A stretch of 64,000 bases of DNA, taken from contig NC_091986.1 of NCBI RefSeq assembly GCF_044704955.1, positions 190,650,001-190,714,000 on the forward strand, given 5' to 3'. The first letter of the stretch is position 1, and every line of letters begins with the position of its first letter. A program made the translations under genes and the position numbers. The notes below the pieces were generated by a model. It searched no databases. It was not told the DNA's origin and was given only the letters and a program-made list of their open reading frames with translations. Below are positions 60,832 to 64,000 of this stretch, in pieces. Origin of the DNA: Pristiophorus japonicus (lineage: Eukaryota).

Positions 60832-61509
60832 TCATCATACTCATTGGGTATTTCCCTTTCAGGTGACTTCCGTTGTATTTTTTCAGCTCAGAACAATTCC
60901 AAAGGCTTATGTTAGTGCTTCTGGAAATTTTCCAAAGCAGATGGACTCTTGTATATGGTTAAAATGTTCAGACGGACATAGGCTAAACATAATAGTAAAA
61001 CACTACTTCCAGTACTACAACGGTATTCATCCCAAGTCAGCGCTTAGCATCTCATCTTTCACCTTTCTCTGTTCTCCCCCTAAACCTTCAGAATGTTGTC
61101 TATTATATGGACCTTCCCCCTCCCTCCCAGGTTGGGAAAAGCCACAGCTCGGACATTCCCCACAGCCCAGCTCCTCAGTGTTATATATAAATGGCTTTGA
61201 TCAATCAGACACATAAGCTTTGAGAAAGGCATTTTTTTTCCCGAAGTTAGGATGACAAACCCTAGATTCTGGAAAATCGCCACTGAAAGTATCTGCTTCT
61301 GCGTCATCATACTCATTGGGTATTTTCATTTCAGGTGACTTCCGTCAGTATTTCTTCAGCTCAGAGAACAATTCCAAAGGCATGTGTTAGTACTTCTGGA
61401 AATTTTCCAAAGCAGATGGACTCTTGTATATGGAGGGACAGGTTAAAACGTTCAGACGGACAAAGGCTAAACATAATAGTAAAACACTACTTTCAGTACT
61501 ACAGCAGTA
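60832..61509. repeat. Local direct duplication of about 200 bp (60832-61025 and 61304-61509)
   Basis: Long shared blocks such as cttctggaaattttccaaagcagatggactcttgtatatgg. Confidence 0.9.
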
Positions 61510-61614
61510 AAGGCTGATCAGAGAAGAGATGATAACTATAAAAGATAGAAATGAACTTGAAACTGAGGATGAGCACAAGATAGTAAATATTCTAAATATT
61601 CTAAATGATCACCT

Positions 61615-61790
61615 TTTTTATTCATTCTTGGGATGTGGGTGTCGCTGGCAAAGCCAGCATTTATTGCCCAACCTTAGTTGCTCTTGAGAAGTTGATGGTG
61701 AGTCACCTTCTTGCACTGCTGCCGTTAAGGTATTCCCATAGCGCTGTTAGGTAGGGAGTTCCAGGATGTTGACACAGCGACAATGAAGCC
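61615..61790 (-). mobile_element. LINE 3' end (family of 10405-11350)
   Basis: gccagcatttattgccc and T-rich tail. Confidence 0.7.
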
Positions 61791-62202
61791 AAGAAAATTG
61801 GCTTGTTGACCTAATTGGCTCATGGTCCACCAACATCTTGATTTAAAAAATCTCAGGTGCAAAATTGCCCCGCTCCCCGTTTGGAGGAGGTAACCTTCCG
61901 GGGCCGGGATATTTATCGCCCGGCCCTGAAGTTCTGCCCCCAGCGCGCAATTCGGCCCTTCCGCTCCTCAATGGAGGCGGAGCCCTATCGGAGCTCTCCG
62001 TGTCCGTGGAGGGATGTTCCTGGGGCGGTAAAGCGGAATACAAGTTGTTGTTTTTGTTGTTAAGAGAACCTGGGGAGGATATCTGTGAGCATTAACTATT
62101 ATTATGGATGAGTCACTAGACAGTAGAGAGTTAGACTAATGTGGTGCCCGTATTCAAAAATGATGATGAAACAGATGCAAGCAACCACAGTACAGACCTG
62201 TT

Positions 62203-63135
62203 CAGAGCTGACCTTATGGGTGGGCACCATGGTCAGCGGGCTGTAGTGGTCAAAAGGGTCTGGCATTTCTGCTTCCAACGGACTGCAGTACTCCTCAAGA
62301 AGAGCAAACTTCAAGTTTCAAGGGCAACTTCTCAAGCACATAGCTAGCACTCATAATCCCATTAACCGTGTCCGTATCGGTGGTGATGGGTAGCACTCAG
62401 AATCCCATTAACCGTGTCCGTATCGGTGGTGATGGGTAGCACTCAGAATCCCATTAACCGTGTCCGTATTGGTGGTGATGGGTAGCACTCAGAATCCCAT
62501 TAACCGTGTCCGTATCGGTGGTGATGGGTAGCACTCAGAATCCCATTAACCATGTCCGTATCGGTGGTGATGGGTAGCACTCAGAATCCCATTAACCGTG
62601 TCCGTATCGGTGGTGATGGGTAGCACTCAGAATCCCATTAACTGTGTCCGTATCGGTGGTGATGGGTAGCACTCAGAATCCCATTAACCGTGTCCGTATC
62701 GGTGGTGATGGGTAGTACTTAGGAGCCATGATCAAATGGCCTACTCCTGCTCCTATTTCTTAACCATGCTGTATCAGCGGCGAGCAGTCTCGAAGTTGAA
62801 GCTCCTATTTTGGATCGGCCATGGGAGACAACAGGTTATCTTCGCTGGCCATCCTATCGTGAATGCGATGGCTCAAAATATCTTGGTGAAAAATGTCTTT
62901 ATTTGATATTGTTATTTATTAGTTTAATGTTTAATTTAATGTTTAGTTTATTTGTCACTTAGCTATACAGGTAATGTTATTTTTTATGACTTATGACATT
63001 TATTATTTTAAAAACTGTTGAGATTACAGCTTTATATCTGAAACTTTTGCAAATGCTATTACATACTTAAACCCAAATAAAGGGCGCCAAAATACAAGTT
63101 CACCCAGGGCACCAGTTTCCCTAAGGCTGGCCCTA
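62203..63135. mobile_element. Decayed hAT (Tip100-like) MITE
   Basis: TIRs cagagctgaccttatgg and ccctaaggctggcccta; degenerate 8-bp TSD gacctgtt/caaccatt; empty site gacccatt at 48235-48242. Confidence 0.6.
62345..62719. repeat. 46-bp minisatellite, 8 copies plus a partial copy
   Basis: Unit TAGCACTCAGAATCCCATTAACCGTGTCCGTATCGGTGGTGATGGG starts at 62345, 62391, 62437, 62483, 62529, 62575, 62621 and 62667. Confidence 0.97.
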
Positions 63136-63269
63136 CAACCATTAGTCTTACTTCCAATCTGTGTAAACCTGATGACTATCTGTACAAGAACCTAGTAAAC
63201 AGTGGTCAACATGGATTCAGAATTGACCAGTTTGAATTGAAAGGAGCCTCACATCTCCTGAGTGTAGAG

Positions 63270-64000
63270 TGTTTCTCCTGCCCGGAACTCCATGTTTGAA
63301 TCCCTTTAATCTGGTTTCCGCCCCTGCTACAGTACCGAAATGGCTCTCATCAAAGTCACAAATGATATCCTTTGTGACTGTGACAAAGGTAAACTATCCC
63401 TCCTCGTTCTCCTGGAATTGTCTGCAGCCTTTGACACAGTTGATCATTCCATCCTCCTCCAATGCCTCTCCACCATCGACCAGCTGGGTGGGACTGCAGT
63501 CGCCTGGTTCCATTCTTATCTATCTAATCGTAGCCAGAAAATCTCCTTCAATGCCTTCTCTTCCCACTCCCGCATTGTTACCTCTGGTGTCCCCCAAAGA
63601 TCTATCCTTGGACCCCTCCTATTTCTTATCTACATAAGAACATAAGAATAGGAGTAAGAGTAGGCCGTATAGCTCCTCGAGTCTGCTCCGCCATTCAATA
63701 ACATCATGGCTACCCCTTGGCGATATCATCTAAAAACACGGAGTCAGTTTCCACATGTACGCTGATGACACCAAGATCTACCTCTCCACCACTTCTGTCG
63801 ATGGCTCCATGGTTCCTAAATTGTCAGGCTGCTTGCCCAACATCCAGTACTGGATGAGCAGAAATTTTCTCCAATTAAATATTGAGAAGATCAAAGCCAT
63901 TGCCTTTGGTCCCCCACCACAAACTGCTTTCCCTAACCACTGACTCCATCCCTCGCCCCAGCATCTATCTGAGATTAAACCAGACTGTGCGCAAACTAGG
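63270..64000 (+). mobile_element. L2 LINE RT region, interrupted by a CR1 tail at about 63632-63712
   Basis: TEMALIKVTNDIL, LSAAFDTVDH, GVPQRSILGPLLF and YADDTKIY motifs. Confidence 0.88.

Noticed and set aside
61857-62040. CpG island or promoter
   Set aside because: Begins with a gaaattg-like terminus and has the composition of the Harbinger-type MITE fragments seen elsewhere in the window.
62345-62719. CRISPR-like array
   Set aside because: Units are contiguous with no unique spacers, there are no cas genes and the context is eukaryotic; it is a minisatellite.

Overview
Eukaryotic, repeat-saturated vertebrate DNA, most likely from a shark (inferred from SacSINE1/Deu-type SINEs, abundant CR1 LINEs and a Penelope-type terminus). 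The only host coding sequence I can support is the last two exons of a TSGA10/CEP135-family gene on the + strand (121-267 and 4234-4258, polyA signal at 4608). There is also a weak candidate promoter or first exon of the next gene at about 30.6-30.8 kb. The rest is nested mobile DNA: many CR1 LINEs (two with an uninterrupted 552-aa RT ORF), L2, RTE and Vingi-like LINEs, SINEs, PIF/Harbinger remnants, a hAT-type MITE, and two near-complete Ty3/Gypsy elements with paired LTRs, PBS, PPT and TSDs. The most notable object is a decayed endogenous retrovirus 3' half at 19.7-23.1 kb. It has an env remnant with a furin site, fusion peptide, heptad region and cysteine pattern resembling paramyxovirus-F-like (lokiretrovirus-type) envelopes, followed by a PPT and an LTR. 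Also present are an old local duplication with reciprocal empty/filled TE sites and a young 46-bp hairpin-forming minisatellite. All family assignments come from motif recognition by eye; no database search was run, and boundaries of decayed repeats are approximate.
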